Below are positions 47,332 through 56,021 of a stretch of 59,500 nt of DNA, in pieces (within the stretch, counting starts at the first letter, position 1; each line of letters begins with the position of its first letter). Below the pieces are notes generated by a model, which was not told the origin of the DNA, did no database searches, and worked only from the letters and a program-made list of their open reading frames with translations. The position numbers and the translations under genes were made by a program. The stretch lies in contig JAIRMK010000207.1 in assembly GCA_031258755.1 (NCBI GenBank), positions 1-59,500 on the forward strand, in the 5' to 3' direction. Origin of the DNA: Prevotellaceae bacterium (lineage in GTDB: Bacteria > Bacteroidota > Bacteroidia > Bacteroidales > UBA932).

Positions 47332-50043
47332 ATGCATAAGATTATATTTACTTTATTATTCATTTTTCAGTTTGCTGCAACTAAAGGGCAGACACAGTCG
47401 ATCGACTTATCAGGCCAATGGGGCTTTCAGACGGATGTGATGGATTTCCGCAGGGGGTCGTTATCCCCTCGTTATAACCATAAATTGCAAGACACCATTA
47501 CCCTGCCGGGAATTACCGACGATTACAAAATCGGTTATAAAGTGCCCTATAAATATATTGACCGCCTGACCCGTAAATACGAGTATATGGGGCCGGCATG
47601 GTATCAGCGCGATATAGAGATACCCAAAGAGTGGGGAGGCAAACGTATATTTATGTACTTCGAACGCACCCATTGGTTAAGCTCCATCTATGTAGACACC
47701 AAAGAAGTAAGCAAAATAGATTATATCAGTGTGCCTCATAACCACGACTTGACCGGCTTTGTGACTCCGGGAAAAACACACCGTTTTACAGTCTGTATAG
47801 ACAACCGCTTCCAATATAATACCCATAAATGGAACCATGCCCATACGGAGTTTACCCAGATCAACTGGAACGGTATTTTGGGGGAGATCAGGCTGGCAGC
47901 TGTTGATCCGGTTTATATAGATGATATGCAAGTATACCCAAATATTGCAGACAACAGCATAAAAGTAAAAATACAGATTAATAACTATACCGGGAAAGAT
48001 GTAACAGGAACTGCAACTTTTACTATAAAAGGAGAAAACTACACTACAAAAAAAGAAGTGACCGTAAACGGAAAGAGTTCTGTTTTTTCTTTCGAAGAGG
48101 CGATCTTGTTAGGGAAGAATATCAAACTATGGGACGAATTCAACCCGAATGTATACAGCATTACTTGTCAATTAAACACAGATGCCGGTAAAACAAAATA
48201 CCGGCATGAAAAATCGGTAGATTTCGGTATGCGCGAAGTTAAGCAAGGCAAAAACCACCTGTTGCTTAACAACCGTCCTATTCATCTGCGAGGAACCGTA
48301 GAGAATGCCGTATTCCCTAAAACAGGCTATGCCCCTGTAGACGATGTGGAATGGGAAAGAATATTGCTCATCATAAAAGATTACGGGATGAACCATGTAC
48401 GCTTCCACTCCTGGTGTCCTCCAAAAGCAGCTTTCCGTATGGCCGATAAACTTGGTATCTATTTTGAAATAGAAATGCCGATGTGGGGCAGGGATGCAGA
48501 GGTAGACGAGGCTCGTTATAATTTCTTCCGTCTCGAGATGCGTGCCATCCTCAAAGAATATGGTAACCACCCTTCATTTGTATTGTATTGCAACGGAAAC
48601 GAGATAACCGGCAACTTCGATTTTATAGAAGAACTGACCGCGACAGGCCGCGAGTTGGATAACCGCCATTTGTTTAGCGGGTCGACAGCCCGTACAAGAG
48701 TAAAATCAGATCAATATTACGTTTCGCAACAAACAAATAAAGGGTCTGTGAAAGTATATGAAGGGTTGCCGTATACCGATTGGGACAGGAATAAGGAATC
48801 AGATGTAGATGTGCCTGTTATTTCCCACGAAGCGGGACAACGTTGTGTATATCCTGATTTCCACGAAATAAGTAAATATGCAGATAGCCCTGTCGAAGCC
48901 CGCAACTTCGAGGTTTTCCGCGATATGCTGGAAGAGAATGGTATGCTCGATCAGGCGCACGACTTTTTCAAAGCATCGGGTGCACTGACTGTTGTAGAGT
49001 ATAAAGCCGTCATAGAAGCTTTGCTTCGCTCATCCAAATCGGCAGGTTTTCAGCTGTTGTCTATCAATGACTTCCCGGGACAGGGTTATGCTCCGGTAGG
49101 CATCCTTGACCCGTTCTGGGATTCAAAAGGATTAGTTACTGCCGAAAAATTCCGGGAATCATGTGCTCCCACAGTGGCGCTGCTGCGTTATCAGAAGAGT
49201 TCATTTTTCAATGACGAAATATTTACAGGCAAAGCCGAAGTATATAATTTTAGCAAGGCGGGAATTAAAAATGCAAAAATCAAATGGGCATTAACAGATC
49301 AATCGGGCATGACATTAAAAAAAGGCGACCTGAAAACCCAAAATATAGGCAATAACGGTGTATTCCCTGTAGGTGCGTTTTCATTCGATTTCAAAGGAAT
49401 AACTTCCCCTCAAAAACTGACCGTTCAACTGTCGGTTAACGACAATATCAGGAATAGTTGGAATATATGGGTATATCCGAAGAATGAAAAACTGATGACA
49501 TCGACAGATGATGTACTTTACACAACCGTATATGATGATAAAGCCAAACAACAGCTTGCACAGGGCAGGAAAGTTGTATTGCTCCCATTACCGAATAAAG
49601 TCAAAGGGCGTAAATCTACTTTCCACAACCATTTCTGGAACCCTATAATGTTCGCCTGGCCGCCAATGACTATCGGTTGTCTAATACACGACAAAGAACC
49701 TGTGTTCGACGATTTCGTTACTTCCTATCATACCGACTGGCAATGGTGGGATATACTGGAAAATGCCAGGGTGATAGAAATGCACGATACGCCAAAAGAA
49801 CTCAGGCCGTTTTTACAAGTAATAGATGCCTTTGATAATAACAAAAAATTAGGCATTGGATTTGAAGCTAATGTAAACGGCGGAAAACTTCTGGTATTGG
49901 CCGTGGACACACAAAAGAAAATGGAACAACGTCCGGCCACAAGACAACTGCTGGAAAGCGTAGATAAGTACGTAAAGAGTGATAAATTTAATCCGCAGGT
50001 AAAAGTGGAAGAATTGTTTATCCAGTCATTCTTGATGAAGTAA
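47332..50043 (+). CDS. GH2-like clan GH-A glycoside hydrolase (sugar-binding domain plus TIM barrel), 903 aa
   Basis: Signal peptide. LSGQWGF, MNHVRFHSWCPPKAAFRMADKLGIYFEIEMPMWG, VLYCNGNE and VISHEAGQ. Confidence 0.65.
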   Translation: MHKIIFTLLFIFQFAATKGQTQSIDLSGQWGFQTDVMDFRRGSLSPRYNHKLQDTITLPGITDDYKIGYKVPYKYIDRLTRKYEYMGPAWYQRDIEIPKEWGGKRIFMYFERTHWLSSIYVDTKEVSKIDYISVPHNHDLTGFVTPGKTHRFTVCIDNRFQYNTHKWNHAHTEFTQINWNGILGEIRLAAVDPVYIDDMQVYPNIADNSIKVKIQINNYTGKDVTGTATFTIKGENYTTKKEVTVNGKSSVFSFEEAILLGKNIKLWDEFNPNVYSITCQLNTDAGKTKYRHEKSVDFGMREVKQGKNHLLLNNRPIHLRGTVENAVFPKTGYAPVDDVEWERILLIIKDYGMNHVRFHSWCPPKAAFRMADKLGIYFEIEMPMWGRDAEVDEARYNFFRLEMRAILKEYGNHPSFVLYCNGNEITGNFDFIEELTATGRELDNRHLFSGSTARTRVKSDQYYVSQQTNKGSVKVYEGLPYTDWDRNKESDVDVPVISHEAGQRCVYPDFHEISKYADSPVEARNFEVFRDMLEENGMLDQAHDFFKASGALTVVEYKAVIEALLRSSKSAGFQLLSINDFPGQGYAPVGILDPFWDSKGLVTAEKFRESCAPTVALLRYQKSSFFNDEIFTGKAEVYNFSKAGIKNAKIKWALTDQSGMTLKKGDLKTQNIGNNGVFPVGAFSFDFKGITSPQKLTVQLSVNDNIRNSWNIWVYPKNEKLMTSTDDVLYTTVYDDKAKQQLAQGRKVVLLPLPNKVKGRKSTFHNHFWNPIMFAWPPMTIGCLIHDKEPVFDDFVTSYHTDWQWWDILENARVIEMHDTPKELRPFLQVIDAFDNNKKLGIGFEANVNGGKLLVLAVDTQKKMEQRPATRQLLESVDKYVKSDKFNPQVKVEELFIQSFLMK

Positions 50044-50069
50044 TCGCGTATCGTTTATTTTAAAAAGTT

Positions 50070-50840
50070 ATGAGAAAAACATATTTGTTCGTTATTCCAC
50101 TTTTTTTTCTAACAGGTGTCTTGCATAGTCAGGAGATACAAATGAGCCGGAGCGCTTCTTTGGAACAAGTTTATGGGGATGTCACAGAATCGGAAAATTT
50201 ATTGCCGTTTAATGATCTGAACATGGAATTCGGCTATGTTCTTTATCAGGCGGAAATAAAAGTGAAGCCGGAAGAAACTCTACTGGAGCTGGAGAATGTA
50301 CGCGACTATGCCGTTGTATATCTTAATGACAAACTTCAAGGCACTGTTACGGATGATCATAAAAAGTTAACGTTAAACATATCTCCCGGAACATATACCT
50401 TGAAACTATATGCCGAAAATATTGGTCGTATTACTTACGGCCCGGAGATACTGGATAATTCCAGGGGACTGTTCGGAAGCATTAACATTAATGGAGCGGA
50501 AATTGAAAATTGGACGATAATACCTCTTGGCATTAAATCCTGTGATGTAAACAGCTTGCAATTTTCGTCGCAAAATACAAATGGTGCGCCTTCTTTCCAT
50601 AAAGGATATTTTGATATAACCGAACCGGAAGAAACCTACCTGAATATTTCAGGATGGGGGATGGGCGAAGTATGGATCAACGGAGCCTATCTGGGTTCGT
50701 ATTGGGAAGAAGAAAAACAACAATCAATTCAAATTCCGGCTAATATTTTAGTCAAAGGAAAGAATGAAGTTGTGATATTTGATCTGAAAAATAATAAACA
50801 GGAATTATTACGATTGTCCGGTAAACCCTTGTTTAAATAA
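50070..50840 (+). CDS. stand-alone secreted protein equivalent to the C-terminal jelly-roll domains of a GH35 beta-galactosidase (no catalytic barrel)
   Basis: Signal peptide MRKTYLFVIPLFFLTGVLHSQ. FGYVLYQAEI, VRDYAVVYLNDKLQG, LYAENIGRITYGP, PSFHKGYFDI, GWGMGEVWINGAYLGSYW and NEVVIFD parallel the GH35 C-terminal domains. Confidence 0.6.
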   Translation: MRKTYLFVIPLFFLTGVLHSQEIQMSRSASLEQVYGDVTESENLLPFNDLNMEFGYVLYQAEIKVKPEETLLELENVRDYAVVYLNDKLQGTVTDDHKKLTLNISPGTYTLKLYAENIGRITYGPEILDNSRGLFGSININGAEIENWTIIPLGIKSCDVNSLQFSSQNTNGAPSFHKGYFDITEPEETYLNISGWGMGEVWINGAYLGSYWEEEKQQSIQIPANILVKGKNEVVIFDLKNNKQELLRLSGKPLFK

Positions 50841-50882
50841 TAAAAAGGGGTAACTTTGAACGAAAATAAATGGGAATATATC

Positions 50883-53096
50883 ATGAAAAATAGAAAAATT
50901 GCTTTTTTATTGCTGTTGGCAGCCTCATGTAATCTGACAACTCAGAGTAAAAAGGATCAACCTGTATACAAAGACGCAGGTCGATCCGTAGAAGAAAGGG
51001 TCAATGATCTGGTGTCAAGAATGACATTGGATGAAAAGGTGATGCAACTCAACCAATATACATTGGGCAGAAGTGACAATGCCAATAACATGGCCGATCC
51101 GGTAAATGATATTCCTGCAGAAATCGGTTCTCTTATATATTTCAGCAGCAATCCAGACTTACGCAACCGGTTACAGAAAAGGGCGATGGAAGAAACCCGC
51201 TTAGGTATACCTGTCATATTTGGCTATGACGTAATTCATGGTTATAGAACTGTTTATCCCATATCCTTGGCTCAAGCATGTTCGTGGAATCCCGAATTAG
51301 TAAAACAGGCTTGTGCTGTAGCAGCGCAGGAAGCAAGAATGTCGGGTGTCGACTGGACTTTTTCACCAATGATAGATGTAGCCCGCGACGGACGGTGGGG
51401 CAGGGTATCGGAAGGATATGGCGAAGACCCGTATACAAATGCTGTATTTGGTGTGGCCTCAGTGAAAGGTTATCAGGGTAATGATCTTTCAAATGGTAAA
51501 AATATAGCTGCCTGTCTGAAACACTATATCGGATATGGAGCATCGGAAGCAGGACGCGATTATGTTTACACTGAAATCTCGCGACAAACATTGTGGGACA
51601 CCTATATGTTACCTTACGAAGAAAGCGTAAAAGCCGGAGTGGCTACTTTGATGAGCTCATTCAACGATATAAGCGGTACGCCAAGTACAGCCAATCATTA
51701 TATACTGACCGGGATACTTAAACAACGCTGGGGACATGATGGATTTGTGGTTTCAGACTGGGGTGCTATAGCGCAACTTTGTCCGCAAGGCGTTGCGAAA
51801 GACAACAAGGAGGCGGCACAAAAAGCATTCAATGCCGGAGTGGACATGGATATGATGAATCGAGCTTATGACAACCATTTAGGTGATTTGGTGAAAGAGG
51901 GCAAAGTATCCGAAGAATTGCTTAACGATGCCGTAAGACGCGTGCTAAGGGTTAAATTTAGACTGGGGCTTTTCGAAAATCCTTATACACCTCAATCCAC
52001 AGAGAAAGAAAGATTTCTTCTACCCCAAAGCTTAAAAATAGCAGAACAACTATCCGAAGAATCTATTGTGTTATTAAAAAATGAGAATAATACATTACCC
52101 TTAAAAAATGCTTCGAAAATAGCAGTAATAGGACCTATGGCCAAAAGCCAATGGCACTTGCTCGGTTCATGGAGGGCTCAGGGGAAAGCCGAAGATGCAA
52201 TCACTGTCTATGATGGCCTGGAAAGAGAATTTAAGGATAAAGCGAAATTGTTTTATGCTGCCGGTTGTGATTTCGACGGAGAAGACAAATCAGGATTTAA
52301 AAAAGCCGTAACCATAGCAAAAGAGGCTGATGCGGTAGTCGTATGTTTAGGAGAAAAAGCCCAATGGAGCGGAGAGAATGCGTCCAGATCTACAATTGCA
52401 TTGCCCCAGATACAGGAAGAATTAGTGATCGAACTTAAAAAACTGGGCAAGCCTGTTATATTATTACTTTCAAGCGGACGTCCGTTGGAATTAAACCGCT
52501 TGGAGAAACTTAGTAATGCCATATTACAAATCTGGCAGCCTGGTATAGCCGGAGGAAATCCGGTTGCCGGTATCGTTGCCGGACGCATAAACCCCTCGGG
52601 AAAGTTGTCTATTACGTTCCCTTATTCAACAGGACAAATCCCTGTCTATTACAATCACCGCCAGAGTGCTCGTCCTCACCAGGGGAAATACCAGGATATA
52701 CCGAGTGCACCTCTTTATGAATTTGCACATGGTCTTAGTTATACAACCTTTGAATATGGAGATTTAAAGCAGTCTGCACTAAAAGTAGGAAAAGGGGATA
52801 AGTTGTCAATAGAAGTACCTGTAACAAATACAGGAAATATAGATGGAATGGAAACAGTCCATTGGTTCATCTGTGATCCGGTGTCCTCTATTTCACGTCC
52901 GGTTAAGGAGCTTAAACATTTTGAAAAACAAATGATAAAAGTAGGTGAAACAAAAATCTTCCGTTTTGAGATTGACCTTGAAAAGGTCTTTGGTTTTGTA
53001 GATGGCGAAGGAAACCGTTTTCTGGAATTGGGGGACTATTACATTATTGTAAAAGACAAGAAAGTGAAAGTGGAAGTCTTGACGGAGACATTTTAA
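50883..53096 (+). CDS. bglX: glycoside hydrolase family 3 beta-glucosidase
   Basis: The ORF-track start 50856 is TTG; the ATG is at 50883. RLGIPVIFGYDVIHGYRTVYPISLAQACSWNPEL, KHYIGYG and GFVVSDWGAI (nucleophile Asp). Confidence 0.9.
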   Translation: MKNRKIAFLLLLAASCNLTTQSKKDQPVYKDAGRSVEERVNDLVSRMTLDEKVMQLNQYTLGRSDNANNMADPVNDIPAEIGSLIYFSSNPDLRNRLQKRAMEETRLGIPVIFGYDVIHGYRTVYPISLAQACSWNPELVKQACAVAAQEARMSGVDWTFSPMIDVARDGRWGRVSEGYGEDPYTNAVFGVASVKGYQGNDLSNGKNIAACLKHYIGYGASEAGRDYVYTEISRQTLWDTYMLPYEESVKAGVATLMSSFNDISGTPSTANHYILTGILKQRWGHDGFVVSDWGAIAQLCPQGVAKDNKEAAQKAFNAGVDMDMMNRAYDNHLGDLVKEGKVSEELLNDAVRRVLRVKFRLGLFENPYTPQSTEKERFLLPQSLKIAEQLSEESIVLLKNENNTLPLKNASKIAVIGPMAKSQWHLLGSWRAQGKAEDAITVYDGLEREFKDKAKLFYAAGCDFDGEDKSGFKKAVTIAKEADAVVVCLGEKAQWSGENASRSTIALPQIQEELVIELKKLGKPVILLLSSGRPLELNRLEKLSNAILQIWQPGIAGGNPVAGIVAGRINPSGKLSITFPYSTGQIPVYYNHRQSARPHQGKYQDIPSAPLYEFAHGLSYTTFEYGDLKQSALKVGKGDKLSIEVPVTNTGNIDGMETVHWFICDPVSSISRPVKELKHFEKQMIKVGETKIFRFEIDLEKVFGFVDGEGNRFLELGDYYIIVKDKKVKVEVLTETF

Positions 53097-53123
53097 AATT
53101 CGTTGTATAGCCAATACATCAGT

Positions 53124-53309
53124 TCAAAATTTTTCCTCATCTTTTTGCTGTTGTTTGACAAGCTTTTTTGAAACGTAAGCAAATGGCAACAATACAACAA
53201 GCATAACGAGCACACCCCAACATTCCCACGCTTCACCTTTAATAAATATCAAAGTGAGATTTATTCCAGCTAAAACGCCTATGCAAATTCGGAATTTTTT
53301 TGACGACAT
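53124..53309 (-). CDS. possible small membrane protein (2 TM), hypothetical
   Basis: 61-aa ORF with two hydrophobic spans (ICIGVLAGINLTLIFI, WGVLVMLVVLLPFAYV) and a charged tail. No family recognised. Confidence 0.3.
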   Translation of the reverse strand: MSSKKFRICIGVLAGINLTLIFIKGEAWECWGVLVMLVVLLPFAYVSKKLVKQQQKDEEKF

Positions 53310-53451
53310 TATAATTCATAATTTAAAAATTTAAAGTTAAACATAAAAATTTCAAGTGCAAATTTTTTCGGGCAAGTTTACAGAAAAAATTGGATTTACT
53401 CATTATCGGATGAAAAAATAACCATTATTCATCATCTTATAACAAAACAAA

Positions 53452-53483
53452 TTTGCAGAATAAAATAAGATGTTGTACCTTTG
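53452..53483 (+). promoter_or_regulatory. Bacteroidota-type promoter for the 53542 ATPase
   Basis: TTTG (53452-53455), a 20-nt spacer, then TACCTTTG (53476-53483). Confidence 0.5.
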
Positions 53484-53516
53484 CGACTAATCCGCGATCC
53501 AACTGCGGATTAGTCG
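53484..53516. promoter_or_regulatory. perfect 12-bp inverted repeat abutting the -7 element (operator or 5' leader hairpin)
   Basis: CGACTAATCCGC (53484-53495), a 9-nt loop, then GCGGATTAGTCG (53505-53516). Confidence 0.6.
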
Positions 53517-53541
53517 AATATTTATGTAAGTTGTTTATAAA

Positions 53542-54750
53542 ATGTATTTTACAAGGACTATTTCTCCTAAAATTGAGCAAATAAATGCTACTTTCCCGGT
53601 TATTTTGATTACAGGACCGCGACAAGTAGGGAAAACAACTGTTTTTGAAAAACTGGCTGATCCTAATCGAAAATTTGTTACGCTTGACGATCCTAACGCA
53701 CGAATGTTGGCGCAAACCGATCCTGCTCTTTTTCTGCAAACTTATGAGCCGCCCGTATTTATAGATGAAGTACAATATGCGCCACAACTTTTTCCGTATA
53801 TCAAAATGGCGGTTGATAAACAGAAGAAGAAAGGAATGTTTTGGTTGACGGGGTCACAACAGTTTGTATTGATAAAAAATATATCGGAATCGTTGGCCGG
53901 ACGTGTGGCAATCGTTGAATTACAGGGATTTTCGCAAGCCGAAAAAAACTCTCGGAAAGGCGATATTTTTCTGCCTTCACTGCTTACGCCGGATAAAAGA
54001 GAGCCACACACTGTTACAACCACTTATCAAACAATATTAAACGGCTCGTTTCCAGAGCTTCACGCTACAAAAAATATGGACAGAACGCTTTTTTATGCGT
54101 CTTATCTGAAAACGTATCTCGAACGCGATGTACGTGCACTAACGCAGGTGGGCAATGAGCATGCATTTCTGACTTTTTTGAAAGTTGCAGCGGCTCGAAC
54201 AGGGCAGTTGCTCAACTATGCAGATATGGCTAAAAATGTCGGAATATCTGAGAGTACCGTAAAATCATGGATTTCGATTCTTTTGACTTCAGGTTTGATT
54301 TTCCTGTTGCAGCCCTACTACAACAATCTTACCAACCGCGCAGTGAAAACGCCAAAACTTCATTTTTTCGACACAGGACTTTGTGCTTATCTTTGTGGTT
54401 GGAACACGGTGGAAACATTGTCGTTGGGCGCGATGAACGGCGCATTTCTCGAAACATACGTGGTGTCGGAAATTCTTAAATCGTACATGCACAATTGCCA
54501 AAATGCAAATTTTTATTTCTACAGAGATAAAGAAAAACACGAAATTGATTTACTTATTGAATATGATGGCTTATTCTATCCCATTGAAATAAAACGAACA
54601 GCCTCGCCGAAAGAAGAAGATCTACGGCACTTTAAGCTATTGGAAAAATTAGGATTGAAAACGGGAAAAGGTGCAATAATTTGTTTATATGAAAATCTCT
54701 TACCTCTCAATCGCGAAGTCATAATAGCGCCAATAGGATACATCGGATAG
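53542..54750 (+). CDS. AAA+ ATPase (AAA_14 + DUF4143-like) with a C-terminal D...ExK motif
   Basis: Walker A ILITGPRQVGKTT and Walker B VFIDEVQ. C-terminal HEIDLLIEYDGLFYPIEIKRT. Confidence 0.8.
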   Translation: MYFTRTISPKIEQINATFPVILITGPRQVGKTTVFEKLADPNRKFVTLDDPNARMLAQTDPALFLQTYEPPVFIDEVQYAPQLFPYIKMAVDKQKKKGMFWLTGSQQFVLIKNISESLAGRVAIVELQGFSQAEKNSRKGDIFLPSLLTPDKREPHTVTTTYQTILNGSFPELHATKNMDRTLFYASYLKTYLERDVRALTQVGNEHAFLTFLKVAAARTGQLLNYADMAKNVGISESTVKSWISILLTSGLIFLLQPYYNNLTNRAVKTPKLHFFDTGLCAYLCGWNTVETLSLGAMNGAFLETYVVSEILKSYMHNCQNANFYFYRDKEKHEIDLLIEYDGLFYPIEIKRTASPKEEDLRHFKLLEKLGLKTGKGAIICLYENLLPLNREVIIAPIGYIG

Positions 54751-54790
54751 CCTGATAACTACCTGTAGCGATTGCCGAAACATATAATGT

Positions 54791-55930
54791 CTATACGATT
54801 TTTCCCGCCCAAAGTTGCTGTAGAAAATAGCCAACCGGCATCACTTCCACCCCATCGGTCAAACGAGGGGCTGAGTCTAACGACACGATGAGCAAACGGG
54901 CTTGCGGATATTCTTCCGCAAAGATCTTTAATCCTTTCAAATGACGGACTTGTACTTCCGGCGTTGATTTTATTTCGATGGCCACACGGGCGTCTCCTAA
55001 AACCGCATCGACTTCCACGCCGCCGCTTGTTCGCCAATAGGAAAGGGTATTTTCATTATCCGAATACCCAAGGCAGGCAATTATTTCCTGTATGACAAAG
55101 TGCTCAAAAGCGTGCCCGAAATCGGTAGTTCCCGGCAACAGGTTTTTCCGGTTTAGCAAATAGTTTGCAATGCCTACGTCAAAATAATAAAACCGGGGCG
55201 CTTGCACCAGCCTGCGTTTCACTGTTCTCCGGAAAGCCGGTATCATGTAGCCAAGCATCGTGTCGGAGAGTATGGAAAAATATTCCCGAACCGTATTTGC
55301 ACTCACGCCACAATCTGTGGCAATGTTTTGATAATTAACTATTTCTCCATTCGTCAAAGCGGCTGCTTCCAAAAAACGATTAAACGAATTTAAACTGCGA
55401 ACCAGCGCTTCTGCTTTTATTTCCTCCTGCAAATACGTCCCAACGTAAGCCTGTAGTCTTTTCCTTGCATTCTCAATGAGGTAATGACGGGGTAACATCC
55501 CATTATTTACCGCCCGAATCAGATTGAAATCGGAAATCTCTGCACTGACTAACGGATAAAGCACATTCCGTAATGCGCGGCCTCCAAGTGTATTAGCGCC
55601 GGTACGCCTCAATTTTCGGGCACTTGACCCGCTCAGTATAAATCGCAGGTTTTTATTCACTATCAGCCAATGCACTTCATCTAACAGTTGCGGTATTTTT
55701 TGAATTTCATCAATAATAATCAATTCATTTTCCTTACAACTTAACAACTCTTCGCGCAAAAGTTCCGGCCGGCGATTTAACTGTTCAAATTTATCGGCTT
55801 TTAGCAAATCGTAATAACGGACACCGGGAAAAAGTTGATTTAAAAGTGTTGTTTTCCCGGTTTGTCTTGCTCCAAAAAGAAAAACACTTTCATTTTCAAC
55901 ATCCTGTAATTTAAAAAATCGTGCAATCAT
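54791..55930 (-). CDS. AAA+ ATPase (AAA_14 + DUF4143-like) with a C-terminal D...ExK motif
   Basis: Walker A FLFGARQTGKTTLL and Walker B IIIDEIQ. C-terminal GGVEVDAVLGDARVAIEIKST. Convergent with the preceding paralogue, with a 40-nt gap. Confidence 0.8.
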   Translation of the reverse strand: MIARFFKLQDVENESVFLFGARQTGKTTLLNQLFPGVRYYDLLKADKFEQLNRRPELLREELLSCKENELIIIDEIQKIPQLLDEVHWLIVNKNLRFILSGSSARKLRRTGANTLGGRALRNVLYPLVSAEISDFNLIRAVNNGMLPRHYLIENARKRLQAYVGTYLQEEIKAEALVRSLNSFNRFLEAAALTNGEIVNYQNIATDCGVSANTVREYFSILSDTMLGYMIPAFRRTVKRRLVQAPRFYYFDVGIANYLLNRKNLLPGTTDFGHAFEHFVIQEIIACLGYSDNENTLSYWRTSGGVEVDAVLGDARVAIEIKSTPEVQVRHLKGLKIFAEEYPQARLLIVSLDSAPRLTDGVEVMPVGYFLQQLWAGKIV

Positions 55931-56021
55931 GAAGTTCTACTGCGGATTATCTTGCAATTCCTCATTTCAACTGCACAAATGTAGATAAAAAAAATGAATC
56001 TGCAAGCTTTTACCTGAAGTT

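Noticed and set aside
50070-50840. Calling the GH35-like module a pseudogene
   Set aside because: The ORF is intact, begins with a convincing signal peptide and is tightly packed in the operon. Only comparison with homologous loci could show decay, so it is reported as a CDS and flagged as a finding.
53437-53787. 116-aa minus-strand ORF across the promoter and 5' end of the 53542 ATPase gene
   Set aside because: It overlaps a well-supported promoter, the palindrome and the Walker A region of the plus-strand gene, and has no recognisable features.
25676-55930. Integrative conjugative element or prophage
   Set aside because: No integrase, recombinase, transposase, relaxase, Tra or phage structural genes, no flanking tRNA, and no long direct repeats could be found.
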